Shown: positions 1-12,731 of the stretch, one piece after another
Layout: each line of letters starts with the position of its first letter
Numbering within the stretch: position 1 is the first letter of the stretch
Assembly (NCBI RefSeq): GCF_018350175.1
Contig: NC_058368.1
Span: 40,798,001 to 40,862,000 of the forward strand
DNA length: 64,000 nt
Origin: Felis catus
Taxonomy: Eukaryota
Direction: 5' to 3'
Translations under genes and position numbers: made by a program
Notes under the pieces: generated by a model
The model's database searches: none
Told to the model about the DNA's origin: nothing
Seen by the model: the letters and a program-made list of their open reading frames with translations, nothing else

Positions 1-409
1 CTCCCCTGCTGGTGCTCTCTTTCTCTCAAAAATAATTACAAACATTGAAGTAAAGATTAAAATTATAATTCTTATGAAATATACTTTAAAGCTAAAAATT
101 ACATTACATATTTATACTGGAAAAAAATGAACTGATAAATATAAACTTACAACTATGCCTCTAAAGATGTCAGTTAAAATATTTAAGCACATGACATCTT
201 CTGAGATGTCATATTTTGTGTTTAACAAATAGCTGTCATTGTATAAAATATTTAAATTAGAATTTCACAAATTCACAAATATTTTATTAACTAATATAGC
301 TATATGTAGAAAATTTTGTATAGTAGGGGAGAGCAAAATAAATTTCTATTATTTGCTTTGAAGTATGCATCTAAGATTAATATATTTTAGAAAAATCTGA
401 AATTGAGAT

Positions 410-779
410 CATGGAAAAAATAGCAGTGTAAGAGAATCCATTTTCCCCATCTCTCCACAAAGATCAATGATTGGACAGCTATCCATAAACAAAAACGGCT
501 CTAGGAGACCTCTAGAGTCTACCCAGAAGTTTTAACAGCACCATGGAAAAAAAACCTGAGAATAATTGCACCAGAAGAGAAGGAAGACCACCTCATTTTA
601 CCTGGATCAACCCATTCTCCAAGCCAGCGTTGTTCAGTGCCAAGAAGAAACTTCCTAGCTAGAAAGAGTTCCTTTTGCCAGGAGAGGAAGAGCAGGGTGA
701 GTGACCACCTTCAGCCTTTGGGCACATCCGGAAGGTCTCACTTGGATGTAACCCCACTCAGACCTGGCAAAAGTGAGGC
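410..779 (+). mobile_element. Old L1M-type 5'UTR fragment
   Basis: Resembles mammalian L1 5'UTR (…ccacaaagatcaa…gacagctatcca…). Confidence 0.45.
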
Positions 780-927
780 ATATCGAGCCGGATAGGAACA
801 AAGATGAAGTTTATAGAATCCTTAGATTTTGAATAGGTCTCAAAAATAGCAAATTCAAACTGCTTGCTACTGTAGGACTCCTGATCCTGAAGATAGTCAT
901 TGACGTTCCCATTTAACGCTGACAAAT
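780..927 (-). pseudogene. Relic exon, C-terminal RGS-like domain, apparently cut off by an L1 5'UTR fragment
   Basis: Acceptor catcttttctag|. Phase-2 reading (R)FVSVKWERQ*...ICYF*DLFKI*GFYKLHLCSY resembles recalled RGS22 RFVALK...LLFWQEVQKYKDLCHSH. Confidence 0.55.
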
Positions 928-949
928 CTAGAAAAGATGTTATTTCACA

Positions 950-1370
950 GAGCATTTATTTCATTTATTGAACAAATATATGCTGATTTTCCCCTGAAGA
1001 TAGACAAGAGTTTAGGCACAGGGGAAATAAAAACAAATGATACATGATTCGACAGACTACATGTGAACAAATTCTATACTTCATAGCAAACTACATGTGA
1101 GGGGGCTGGGGGCAAAAATTACATGGGGAAATACCACTCACATGGAAAATGTTCCAGAGGTAACACTTCAGCCATAAAAAAGGAGTTTGCTAGTACAAGA
1201 ATGGCAGAAAGGGAAACAACATATGCAAATACACAAGGATATAAAAAGACATAACTTTCAGGGGAATGCAAACATTTGCTCATTGCTCGTATATGAAATA
1301 CCAGGAACACAGGCATGCAATATATTGAGGATGTTGTCAAAGATGACATCATGAAAGGTTCATGCTATTT
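950..1370 (-). mobile_element. L2 3' fragment
   Basis: atttattgaacaaatat… followed by typical antisense L2 sequence. Confidence 0.55.
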
Positions 1371-1427
1371 TCTCACTTTCTCAGTTTCTAGTTGTGAGAC
1401 AAAGATTTTTTAGAAATCACTCTTTAT

Positions 1428-1642
1428 GGGGGGCACCTGGGTGGCTCAGTCGGTTAAGTGTCCGACTTCAGCATCAGGTCATGATCTCGCAGTTTGTGAG
1501 TTCAAGCCCCACGTCGGGCTCTGTGCTGACAGCTCAGAGCCTGGAGCCTGCTTCGGATCCTGTGTCTCCCTCTCTCTCTCTCCCTACCCACTCACTCTCT
1601 GTCTCTCTCTCTCTCAAAAATAAACAAACATTAAAAAAAAAA
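1428..1642 (+). mobile_element. Can-SINE (SINEC_Fc-type)
   Basis: tRNA-like head, (CT)n, polyA, TSD aatcactctttat/agtcactccttat. Confidence 0.95.
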
Positions 1643-2125
1643 GTCACTCCTTATGGTACTCATGCATAAGTAGACAGACAAACAGAATACTGATTCCAAA
1701 AAGAGAAAAAAATAACTGAGATTTAAATTTTATTAAATTGGCATTTAGATCACTGAGATGAAGATCAGCTTAAAGTAACTATATTGTGAGAACTTATAGT
1801 CACTAAAAAAATACTGAATCTGTATGTCATAACATATGCCAAGGTAAACACCAAAAGAGCCAAATACTTAAATGTAAATAATGAAATTAAAGTAAAAACA
1901 AAACCGAATATGGATGAATTCATTTAAAATAATGGAGTAGAAAAATTTATCACGCAAAATGCAAAAGCTATAGTAAAGATTCTTGATAGAATTGAACTAT
2001 ATTAAAAAGCTAGCAAACAAAAAATCCTGATAAAAAACATGAAGGACACATTTATTGAGGAAGCACAGGTATCAGAGATGAATAGTTACTGGAAAATGGC
2101 TTTATCAAGATAAAGGATTAATCTG

Positions 2126-2560
2126 TGTAATAGGAAATTATGTCTACCCTAAATTCATATGTTAAGATTTAACCCCCAGTACTTCAGAATAAGATGATGA
2201 TGATGATGATTATGATGATGATAATGATGATGATTTGGACATAGGGCTTTAAGGAGGTAAATAAATTGAAATGAGGCCATTAGTGTGGATTCTAATCCAA
2301 TCTGACTGTTTCCATATAAGAAGAGGAGATTAGGACATACAGAGAGATACCAGGGATGCCCTCACACAGGAAAATGTCCATGTGAAGACAGGGAGAAGGT
2401 GGTAGTCTGCAAACCAATAAAGAGACCCCCAGGAGAAGCTAAATTTACCAAAACTTGACCTTGGACTTCTAGCCTCCAGAGCAGTTAGAAAACAAATTTC
2501 TGTTGTTTCAGTTACTCAGTATATGGTATTTTGTTATGGTAACCTCAACAAAGTAATACA
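2126..2560 (+). mobile_element. MLT1 (ERVL-MaLR) solo LTR within an old L1 fragment
   Basis: tgtaat…aattcatatgtt…ctaatccaatctgactg…gtaataca; internal (GAT)n at about 2192-2234. Confidence 0.85.
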
Positions 2561-3669
2561 CCCTCCTTTATGTGCAAAGTGGGAAAGATAAAGAAAAAAA
2601 TGCCCCCGAACCAATTGAAGAATGGGCAAAAATCTTGAAAATACAGTTCACAGAAAAATAAAGATGTTCCTTAAACATATGAAAAGTTGCCTAAGCTCAT
2701 TCATAGTAAAAGTCATGTACATAAAACTGCAACAGAGATGCTATATATCACTTTCCAGATTGGCAAAAACTGCACAAAGATGTGGGGAGAATCTGGGGTC
2801 TTTGCAAGGTCATCTGTTATGCAACCATGAAGACTCTATATTATGTTTATAAGCCAACTATAAGATTTGTAAATAGTTCTGGTAGTATAATTTATCCAAA
2901 CTCAAGTGGGCAGTGTACCCATCTCCCTTGAATTTATCAAAAACATACAGAACACATTACGTTTGAAAAATGTCATCAAGAATATAAGGTAATAATCTGT
3001 ACTGGGGCACAGAGAATTTTTCAGCAACAACAATTTTTTTTTCCTAAATCAAATGCCCACTATTTTATTCACTCACTTACATGGCCACTTGTTTCCTGGT
3101 CTTGCACTTGAAGACCTAAGATTGGTCTCATTATTATTTGACTGCAAGTCTAACCAGCTTTTCAAGACTGTCCTCAAAAGCATCAAGATAGTTTTGACCT
3201 TTCCAAGACCCTGCAGATAAATCCTCATCAGGGCACTTTGCTCACTCATTCCCTAGGGCAGGGTTTTTAAAAAGCATGCCCTTGGACTTGGAGGCAGGCA
3301 GTAAAATTTTCTCAGATTTGTCCCAATGGAACTGCCACCTCTCGTTCCCTGTGTTGCTCACTTCTTTCTCTTTCTTTACTTTTCTTCTCAAGAGAATCAT
3401 CTGAAGGGAAAAAAAATGTCATGATGCCAGTGGATGCACCTTACTGAAAAATGCAGTGGGTCTAGTCACAGCTCTCCAGTATCGCATTGTTATAGATCCA
3501 ATGATTCTCTATATATCCTGTTTCCTCCTCAGTGTTGATGGTATTTTAGTCATACAGATAATGGGTCAAATGGATAAAGTATTTCTGCTGCTTGTGTAGT
3601 GTATATATATTCATAAAATTTGCATATATATAAAAGTATTTCTATGAAGAGACCATATCTTGTGACATC

Positions 3670-4572
3670 CAGAGAATTATCTATTGTCTTTATTGATAGT
3701 GCTGGTATAAACATTGGGGTGGGTGTGCCCATTTGAATCGGTATTTTTGTATCCTTTGGGTAAACACCTAGTAGTAAATTGGTGGGTTTTAGGTTAGTTC
3801 TATTTTTAATTTGAGAAGTCTCTGTACTGTTTTCCAGAGGGCTGCACCAGTTTGCATTCCCACCAACAGTGTAAGAGTGTTCCATATCCTCAACATTTGT
3901 TGTTTCCTTGTTGTTAACTTTAGCTATTCTGAGAGGTGTGATGTGGTATCTCATTGTAATTTTGACTTGTGTTTCTCTAATGATGAGTGATGCTGAGCAT
4001 CTTTTCATGTGTCTGTTATCCATCTGTATGTCTTCTTTGGAAAAATGTCTATTTATGTCTTCGGCCCATTTCTTAACTGGATTGTTTTTTGAGTGTTGAG
4101 TTCAATATGTTCTTTATAGATTTTGGATACTAATCCTTTATCAGATAGGTCATTTGCAAATATCTTCTCCCATTCCATAGATTGCCTTTTAGTTTTGTTG
4201 ATTGTTATTTTGCTTTGCAGAAGCTATTTTATCTTGATGAAGTTCCAATAGTTCATTTTTGCCTTTGTTTCCCTTGCCTCAGGAGATGTGCCTAGTACGA
4301 AGTTGCTGTAGCTGAGGTCAAAGAGGTTGCTGCCTCTGTTCACCTCTAGGATTTTGATGGTTTCCTGTCTCACATTTAGGTCGTTGATCCATTTTGAATT
4401 TATTTCTGTATATGGTGTAAGAAAGTGGTCCAGTTTTATTCTTCCACATGTTGCTGTCCAGTTTTCTCAGCATCATTTATGGAAGAGACTTTTTTTTTGG
4501 GGGGGTGGATATTCTTTCCTGCTCTGTTGAAGATTAGTTGACCATATAGTTGCGGGTCCATTTCTGGGCTGG
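3670..4572 (-). mobile_element. Carnivore L1 ORF2 3' fragment
   Basis: ORF 3550-4023 reads [12 protein letters not shown]…TMRYH…, the L1 ORF2 C-terminus. Confidence 0.9.
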
Positions 4573-4573
4573 C

Positions 4574-4621
<48 letters not shown>

Positions 4622-4687
4622 TTTTCTTTCTCTCTCCTTCTTCCTTCCTTCCTCCCTCCCTCACTCACTCCCTTACTCCCTCTCTTT

Positions 4688-4740
<53 letters not shown>

Positions 4741-4856
4741 TTTCTCTCTCTCCTTATTTCCTGTATGATTCCTTATTTCCTATATGATTCCTTATTTCCT
4801 GTGTGATTTCCTGTATAATGATCTCTCTCTCTCTTTCTATCTCTGTCTCTCTCTCT
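4573..4856. repeat. (TTTC)n/(CT)n microsatellites plus 3 copies of a 19-bp unit (tccttatttcctgtatgat)
   Basis: Directly visible. Confidence 0.9.
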
Positions 4857-5093
4857 CCCACCTCTTTCTATGATCAAGGCTTGATGCCCTCCACAAAATC
4901 CACAATCCTTTTCTCCCCCAAATCACATCTCCATACCTCCTACTTTGATGTGGCCTCTCCTCTCCCTCTAGTTGTTAGTTTGTTCTGTCAGTCCTCAGAT
5001 CAATTTCTTGGGTGTTCAGAATGATTTGATATTTATCTAGCTGTATTTGAGGGATGAAGAAGACATAGGGTCTTCTAACTACTCCACCATCTT
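4857..5093 (-). mobile_element. Carnivore L1 5'UTR start
   Basis: Minus strand begins aagatggtggagtagt…, typical of an L1 5' end. Confidence 0.7.
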
Positions 5094-5322
5094 AACTGAC
5101 AGGCATTTAAAAAAATAATGCATAATTTTCTTTTCATTTTAGATAATACAAGCAACAGACTAGCATAAAGCACTGAAGAATTTCTGTATGTTTCCTTCTA
5201 TTTTCCACTTTATTTCAAGATTAGATCACTCAGATTGCTGGCACACCCTTATTATGTTCCTTTTGAGGACCTAAACAGACTCTGCTAAAAACATACAATT
5301 TTACACCTCATTTCATCCACCG

Positions 5323-5623
5323 TTTTTTTTCCCAGCTTTATTGAGATATACTTCAGATATAATTTTCTCAGTTTCATTGAGATATATATTGACACATTGG
5401 GTAAGTTTAAAGTGTACAACATACTGATTTCATACAATTGTATATTGCCATATGATTACTACCACAGCATTATGTCACATCATGTCACATAATTACTAGT
5501 TATTTTTTGTGATGAGAACATTTAAGATTAACTTTCCTAGGAATTTCAGGAATATAATCCAGTATTGTTAACTATGGTCACAATGTTGTATTTTAGATAC
5601 ACAGAATTTACTCATCTTCAAAC
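5323..5623 (-). mobile_element. L1M 3' end
   Basis: cagctttattgagatata…aagtgtacaac…. Confidence 0.75.
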
Positions 5624-6400
5624 TGTGTGGGGGATAAGCTTAGGAATCCCTTGGGCTTACCCTAATGGGTTAACAAGGCATAAAGAAATACAAAGCCATA
5701 GGATGCTCACACCCCAGTTTGGGTAAACAAGATTGGCACCCCAAGAATAGGGAAGTGCAAAGGAATAAAAAATAGGAAGGTGTAGAGCCCCAGAATAGAG
5801 AGGGAGGGACAAAGGCCCAAAAATAAGAGTGCAAAGGTGCCTAATACATAGCTATATGAAATAAACAAGATTAGATATTCAGGGTGGAAGCATCCCCCAA
5901 GTTAGTACTATAGCAGAAAGCTGCTTTCACAGGAAGGACCAAGTTGGGTAAACAGGTAAATTGGGCTACAGACCTGCTGTGCTGAAGGCAGAGCAGCCCA
6001 GAGTGGAGATGATTTACCAAAGGACAGGTACCTTGTTAACTCTGAGGTTATTTCCCATACCTGTCTCATCCCCTAGACTAGCTAAGATAAACAGAGGTGA
6101 TGCCTTATGTCCGTTGTAAACAACCTTCCTCCTGACTTCCCAGCGCCCAGATTTTGTTTTGTATTAACCCAAACTCCTAACCCTGAATATCTTCACTACA
6201 CCCTTTCCCTCACATCCACAAGTTAATGTTCACAGATTCACTGTCTCTTTGTGCACTTCCATCACCTTTGTAAGCCTTCTAATCCTAATAAAAATGGGGC
6301 AAGGACCCTTATGAGAGGCTCTTGTCTTTTCCCGGACATTAGCCACTTCTCATTTCTTCATCCTATGTCCCGCTTGTTTGCTGGCCAAAAGACAACTTCA
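5624..6400 (+). mobile_element. ERV solo LTR
   Basis: TG…CA ends, purine-rich repeated U3 motifs, AATAAA near 6287. Confidence 0.7.
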
Positions 6401-7437
6401 GACTTGAAAATGTAATGAATGCATGGTAGGGAGTAAGATTGGACACAGAAAAATGGTTAAGAAGTTGTTTTACTTATCCAGGTGAGAGAAAATGGTGATT
6501 TTGCTGTGATTTGTTGAACCAGAGATGGCACAAGTTACTTACATTTGCGTATATTTTACTTATATTTGACATGTAATTGTAATAACCACATGATCATTTT
6601 TGTCCTAGGAATAGTGGTTGACAAAAGAACAGAGAAGAAAGAGAAGGAAAAATCAACTACTTTCATTTTCCTCAGGATAGGTCTAGACTTGGGCCAAAAT
6701 TAAAATATGCAAAGCATATACTTTCCCTTGTTACATCCTTATATATCATCTCTTCACATGACCTGTTCCCCAGAGTTCCAGGCCTACTGTGTCCTCATGC
6801 TATTCTGATTTCTTCTTTGTGACTTCAAAAGAAAGAAATAAAAATCTTCAGGGTCCAAGTTTGCCTTCTGTATATAATTTCTCAAAACATCCATTACCTC
6901 TAGTGTGGGAGGTGGAGGGGATATAAATGATTATGTAAATAAAGAAGTAAATAAATAGGATGGAAATAATTTTATGTAATTTCTGAAGATTTGGTAGATC
7001 AGTATTCCTACCTAGAATGTCCTTATTTTATCCATTGCTAGAAATGTGTCCCAAGCTTACAGAGGATGGCAGGATATAACCACTTACTACCCCATACATG
7101 TCAAAATGGGCAATTTTGATATGTATGAAATACATAGGCAATGTAAAAAAAAATAGGTAATGAGACTTAATGGATCAAAGAAGATAGCTTATTGCTTAGA
7201 GCATACCAGTCATGAGCATTAGAAGAATTCCATTGCTCTGCCTGTCCCCAGGTCTCCAGTTTCATAGTCACTAATAGATCCCAAACACATAGTAAGTTTT
7301 GTGCCATGGCTGAGGAAATTAGAGCTTAAGGAACCAACACTTTTATAAGAAGCAAAAAGCAAGGCTGCTGTTTGTCACAAGACAAACATGTAGGAACACA
7401 AAAGGCCCAGAGAGGACGGTCTCCCAGCATTCCAAAA

Positions 7438-7502
7438 TGTGTGTGTGTGTGTATGTGTGTGTGTGTGTGTGCACATACATGTGCATGTGTATGTCTGTGT
7501 GT
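7438..7502. repeat. (TG)n microsatellite
   Basis: Directly visible. Confidence 0.95.
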
Positions 7503-7589
7503 AAAAACATTTGTGAAATATGAGGTAGGGCTGATTTTGACCAACCAGCGGAGTGAGCCCTTAGTCAGGATTCAATACCTAAGTTTTAC

Positions 7590-7868
7590 CTGATTTCAAA
7601 ATTCTTAACTTCCTCCATCTAAATTCACAGAGTTCTAAAACTTTAAGTTTTTGTTTTGTTTTGTTATATTTTTGGTATCTTAATTGCTCCCATAGAGGGA
7701 ACTTTCAGAGTTTTAGTAGGGAGAGAGACTGCTTGGCCAGAGTATTGTGGGTGGCATGGGAAGAGGAGAGGATTACAATTGTTGGTAATTCATTTTTTTG
7801 TAAATCAAGGCTTTCTTGCATTCATGAACTGGAACAATGCATTTTTTTATAAATAAGAGTAGCTCCTA
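7590..7868 (-). pseudogene. Relic exon (279 nt)
   Basis: Acceptor ctttatccctttgtacgcag|, donor cag|gtaaaa. 3' part reads LELCEFR and (shifted) EEVKNFEI-R, joining to FVSVK of the next exon. Confidence 0.45.
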
Positions 7869-8082
7869 CTGCGTACAAAGGGATAAAGCTCAGAGTATAT
7901 TTTCAGTTACTGAGTCTTTTTTTCTGTTAATGTGATCTTATAAAAGCTAGGGAGCTGAGTGAAAAAGATAAAACATATAACAACAATGTATATGCCTACT
8001 ACTCACTCTATAGTCCTGCTCAAAGAAGTCCTTTGTCTTTTTCTTAATTAAAACACCATTTTTCTCTATAAATTCAACATAC

Positions 8083-8352
8083 AGTGTTTGTTTAAGAAGG
8101 CAAGCATTATCCCATCCAGTCGTGGTTGTAACACCTGTACAGTACCACCAAGCTACCCAGAAGAGATTTGGTTTATAATAAAATAAAACCTGGTCCAAGA
8201 ACCCTGAAGAAAAGAGATATGGTCATGCAGACTAATTATTCCAAAATGTTTGAAGAAATGCTCAAAACTAAAACTACTACAAAAGTATCTGTGATAGCAG
8301 CTGCATTGGTAAATTATTTTGTGGGATATCCAATAAAATGAGAATTCAGTAC
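8083..8352 (-). pseudogene. Best-preserved relic exon (270 nt, one in-frame TAG)
   Basis: caatttag| ... act|gtatgt. Reads TEFSFYWISHKIIYQCSCYHRYFCSSFSFEHFFKHFGIISLHDHISFLQGSWTRFYFIINQISSG*LGGTVQVLQPRLDGIMLAFLNKH, versus recalled RGS22 LEFEHFRQF...GGWGKILHEQLDAPVLVEIQKH. Confidence 0.65.
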
Positions 8353-8809
8353 CTAAATTGTAACAAAGCTTGCACAAAAGCTAAATACTATTCTCACTAG
8401 AAATCAAATTATAAACCTTATGTTTTCCCCAAAGCCATTATTAACAAGTTTGGTAGAGAGAGAGACAGAGACAGACATAGAGGGACAGAGACACAGGGAG
8501 AGACAAAGGCAAAGAAGAGAGAGATTAACTGGGAAAATATGTTTACTTGTTTTATGGAATTTAAAATGTTTGATTAAGTAAGAGTAAATTTTATAACACT
8601 ACAAGTGGTATTTCCAAGTGAACCAATTAATTTTGTTCATGAATTGAACAAGAAAAAATAACATGCAATGTAAAAATTAATTCATGACACAAGAAAAATA
8701 TACCAACTTCCATTCTGATTTTGACCACATTATATATTTGCTACCCATACAAACCAAGCAGAGAAATATACAAATATAAAGAGAGGATACTTGGATCCAT
8801 TATGCTTAC

Positions 8810-9123
8810 TTAGAAAGATTGTCTCTAAAGTATACCAGCCATTCTAAGTGAAGCTGCTTTCAAAATGATGCAACTAATCACTTTCTTAGTGCAGAGAAAA
8901 CCGTAACATCTACGATACTGTGCCAGATGTTGAATATGTTAGATACTGCCAAGTAGTAAATTATTTTTCAGAAGTAAATGAAACAATTTGAAAGACAGAA
9001 AATATTTTCTAGTTACTCATTGTCTTATCAAATGGAGAAAGTGTATTTATAAAAACGCCAAATTCATTTTAATGGAATTGAAGAAGTATGTAACAAGTTG
9101 GCTATGTATCTGTGTGATTGCAC
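8810..9123 (-). pseudogene. Relic exon
   Basis: cacttattttcag| ... taa|gtaagc. Fragments VTRKYF and VDVTVFSALRK...QLHLEWLVYF resemble the end of an RGS-like domain. Confidence 0.45.
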
Positions 9124-9277
9124 CTGAAAATAAGTGTATATTTTCATGAGAAAGGAATATAACAGCCACAGACAAAGTTATGACAAATCCTAGATTCCCA
9201 AGGGCAGTAATCATAGGACTCTTTGTTTTCTGATGGACACCAAGTCCTACCTGGTTTCAGTTGAAATTTTGGTAATT

Positions 9278-9280
<3 letters not shown>

Positions 9281-9316
<36 letters not shown>

Positions 9317-9326
9317 ACACATACAC
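9281..9326. repeat. (CA)n microsatellite
   Basis: Directly visible. Confidence 0.95.
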
Positions 9327-9405
9327 GTATTAATAAACCAGGGATAGACATAAACATTAATCTATATTTTGCGAAAAGGGGGAATGCCTATATTGTCAGA
9401 CTTAC

Positions 9406-9546
9406 CAGAAGAGACGCCTTGAGGGAACAAGGGATTAGAAGATTGTATTTTAATGCACCTTGATTAGTAAGCAGAGATAGTATGGGTACAATATGTGCAG
9501 AAAAGAAGAATTGATATCAATGGAAATTAAGTGGATAAATGAAATC
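9406..9546 (-). pseudogene. Relic exon (141 nt)
   Basis: gcaagtctag| ... ctg|gtaagt (consensus donor); stops in all frames. Confidence 0.35.
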
Positions 9547-9935
9547 CTAGACTTGCAAACTAAAATCACATAAATCTTATCCCTTTTTAAAAATAGAGAG
9601 AAATGCTAAACCCACCTAACTCATATGGGTTAATTATAATGAAAGAAAGGGATGTTGAGGTCTGCCTGGCTTTTCATGAAATTGAAATGACAGAGGCTAG
9701 ATGAACCACAGATGAGTTTCAATTACATATATGGGAACTACAGATCAAAGAAAAAGATGAAAAACTAGAAAAGAGGAAAATTCCATGCCTCCATTTTGAC
9801 ATCAGACAGAATCAGTCTGTGAGGTCAACCATTTAGGCTTAGGTGTCCCAAGATGACAGATGTTTCAGAGGATTTTGAGTAAAGGCTACTCCAGATGCCC
9901 ATTTCATCAGACACAAGTTAGTCATTTCGCATCAC

Positions 9936-9936
9936 T

Positions 9937-9975
<39 letters not shown>

Positions 9976-10034
9976 TTCATTCATTTATTTATTTACTTAT
10001 TTATTTATCTATCTATCTATCTATCTATCTATCT
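9936..10034. repeat. (TTTA)n-(TCTA)n compound microsatellite
   Basis: Directly visible. Confidence 0.95.
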
Positions 10035-10399
10035 GTCAAGGTAGGCAGCCAGCGATATTTGTGGATTGCTTTACTTTTTTAATGAAGCTTTATCACCTAC
10101 ATGCTTCATTTAATTCCTTTGTCACACTCATGAAAGCCATAAAGCAGCTTTATCCTAATTTAACAAGTGAGGAAATAAACACTTTGAAATACTGGAAGAC
10201 TTACTTTACTCCACAAAAGAAATAAATTGTAGATACAAGAATTTATGTCAGTATTAAAAATCCTTTATAATCTAATAGGCAAGTATAATATAATATAAGG
10301 AAGCAGTCAGCTTGTGGACAATTACATGAAAGATAAATGAAGATACTTTGCAAATTGTGGGGATGGGAAAAAACTAGTCATCACAAAAACATGTTTACT

Positions 10400-10574
10400 A
10401 TGGTATCAAGAAAAAATTAGAAGAGATAAAAAGTTCGGTTTTACTATGTTGTTCCTTTGAAATGTCAAATTACGAACGATCACAGCAGCTTTTGTTTCCT
10501 TGTCTACTTTGCTATTGCTAACAACTTGGCTAATTCACTTCTCATTTCACTTTCTATTTACATAATAACTACAG
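10400..10574 (-). pseudogene. Relic exon, 3' boundary uncertain
   Basis: Strong acceptor ttttgccttccttgctctgtttcag|; fragment SKVDKETKAAVIVRNL resembles the C-terminal half of an RGS domain. Confidence 0.35.
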
Positions 10575-11168
10575 CTGAAACAGAGCAAGGAAGGCAAAAT
10601 CTTAATTTTTTCTTTTTTTTTTTTGCTAAGTACAGATTTACTGGCACTCTGAATGAAATTAATGACAGTAATAAAAATTTGAAAGTATTATAAGAATTAA
10701 ATCTACATAAACGGTTGAGATATGTTAACACTGCCAATAATTTTAATAATCAAAAATGGAAAAAGAACAGAGAGATGGGAGAAATTTAAACCCTTACCCA
10801 GTCAGGTAGTCTATAAGATATTTCCCTCCTGCCTCACCTCTCTCCTTCCCTAAGATAATATCAACTACAAAAAGATGCCCTATAGACACTAATGTACTTA
10901 CAGATACAGGTTCTTTATGAATTGTTTGTTTGTTAGTGAACAGTAGCTAAATTTTATCTAGAATGTTGGCTATACAACATCACTGTGTTTTTTAAACATT
11001 ATAACCAAAAAATTTTCCCCCCACACTCTTTATACACTTGGCTTTGCCATAAGACATTGACTTTTTGAAATGATTTACTGTTATAAATATATCTTTCTTA
11101 ATGTATCTTTCATTGAATGGCTCATCCACCCAATTTTTTAATGTACTTTTTTATTCACATGGAAATTT

Positions 11169-11390
11169 AAAAAAATAATGTTTTAATCATTTTTTGAGAG
11201 AGAGAGAGACAGAGCATGAGCAGAGGAAGGGCAGAGAGAGAGGGAGACATGGAATCTGAAGCAAGCTTTAGGCTCTGAGCTGTCACCACAGAGCCTGATG
11301 TGGGGTTTGAACCCACGAACTCACGATCCCTGAGATCATGACCTGAACAGAAGTCTGACACTTAACCAACTGAGCCACCCAGGGCACCCC
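11169..11390 (-). mobile_element. Can-SINE
   Basis: Antisense SINE body; TSD acatggaaattt. Confidence 0.95.
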
Positions 11391-11611
11391 TGACATGGAA
11401 ATTTTTAAATACCATGGTCTGGCTAATTGGAAATGTCTGTACTTATAGCCAACACTATGAAACATCTACCATGCTATGTGATTTTTTTTAACACTTGACT
11501 ATTCTAATCACTCAAGGTATTTTCTATTTATCCTCCCCCAAAATGTATTTACTTAAAAATAAACATTATTTTCTCTGCCATGTTATTTTCCATGTATTAA
11601 TTGAAATTTTT

Positions 11612-11634
11612 CTATGTTTTAGAGGGAGGGAGGC

Positions 11635-11693
<59 letters not shown>

Positions 11694-11851
11694 ATGAGCA
11701 GGGAAGAGAGAGAGAAAGAGAGAGAATATCTTAAGCAGGCTCTATGCTCAGTGCAGAGACTGATGCAGGGCTTGATCTCATGCCCCTGGGATCATGACCT
11801 GAGAGCTGAAATCAAGTCGGATGCTCAACCAACTGAGCCACCGAGCCACCC
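11612..11851 (-). mobile_element. Can-SINE, older subfamily
   Basis: (GA)n plus antisense SINE body. Confidence 0.9.
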
Positions 11852-12221
11852 CTGAAGCTTTTTGTTTTTTAACAAGCAAAGAAGAATGAGAATATTCTTA
11901 CTTTCAGGTAAATATTCTCAAAAGTAGCTTCCCAAAAAAAGTGTAGTTAGTGCAATGTGGCATTTACTTCCTGTAGCTATTAAATATGAATCTTATTAAG
12001 AGCATTCTAAACATTACCATAATATTTATTGAAATGCTTTTTAAGTTTTTTTACATGAATTTAATCATTGCAGAAAAAAATGTTTAAATGGCCTTCATAT
12101 TTTGAATGTTTTAAAAATTGCTGTTTATCAAGCAATTCCTATAGTATCATTATCCATTATCTCAAGGCACAATAGAGTATAGATAAGGCTCATCACTGAT
12201 GACAATTGATCCAACTCTATG

Positions 12222-12719
12222 TGTTATGAGTCTAAGCTCATTCTGTGCCCCACACAACAGGCCAATAAGTCAAGAGAAAAGATCCTGGGGTAAGGAAGGC
12301 AACTTTATTCAGAAAACTAGCAAACCAAGGAGATGGCGGACTACTTTCCTAAAGAACCATCTCCCTGGGCATGAAATTTGAGCTTCTTTTATGTTAGCAA
12401 AGGAGAAAAAAGGAGATTGGAGTCAAAAGATGGCTGACATCTGTAGACATCAAAAGAAGGTTGTGTAACTTCTTTGTCCTTTGTCAGCTGATCTTTTCAT
12501 ACAGGAATCTGGTCATGTCATTCCTGAAAATCTTAGACATAGCATAATCTTTTCTGTATGTACTTCCTTATCTCCTCAGGTGAGGTAGGTTTTGGATAAA
12601 AAAGCAGTCTTTGTACATCTAAGCTATAACATGCCTACATGCAAGGTAAGCAGAAGTCACAGCAGCAAGGGAAATAGAAGCAATAAGGAGTGAGACATGC
12701 TAAGTTTAAACCTGTTACA
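12222..12719 (-). mobile_element. ERV solo LTR
   Basis: tgtta…gttaca ends, tttatt (antisense polyA signal) at about 12304, flanks tatg/tata. Confidence 0.75.
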
Positions 12720-12731
12720 TATATTTTACAT

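Noticed and set aside
1394..1669. Recurrent ORFs such as GAPGWLSRLSV…/VSSSPTSGSVLTAQSLEPASD…
   Set aside because: Translations of Can-SINE sequence, repeated at many SINE copies in the window.
3550..4023. 157-aa ORF, the longest in the track
   Set aside because: Degenerate L1 ORF2 C-terminus.
4751..4807. Short direct repeats superficially like a CRISPR array
   Set aside because: Tandem 19-bp units with no spacers, in mammalian DNA.
9860..10225. 121-aa plus-strand ORF
   Set aside because: Kept open by a (TTTA)n/(TCTA)n microsatellite; no recognisable protein.
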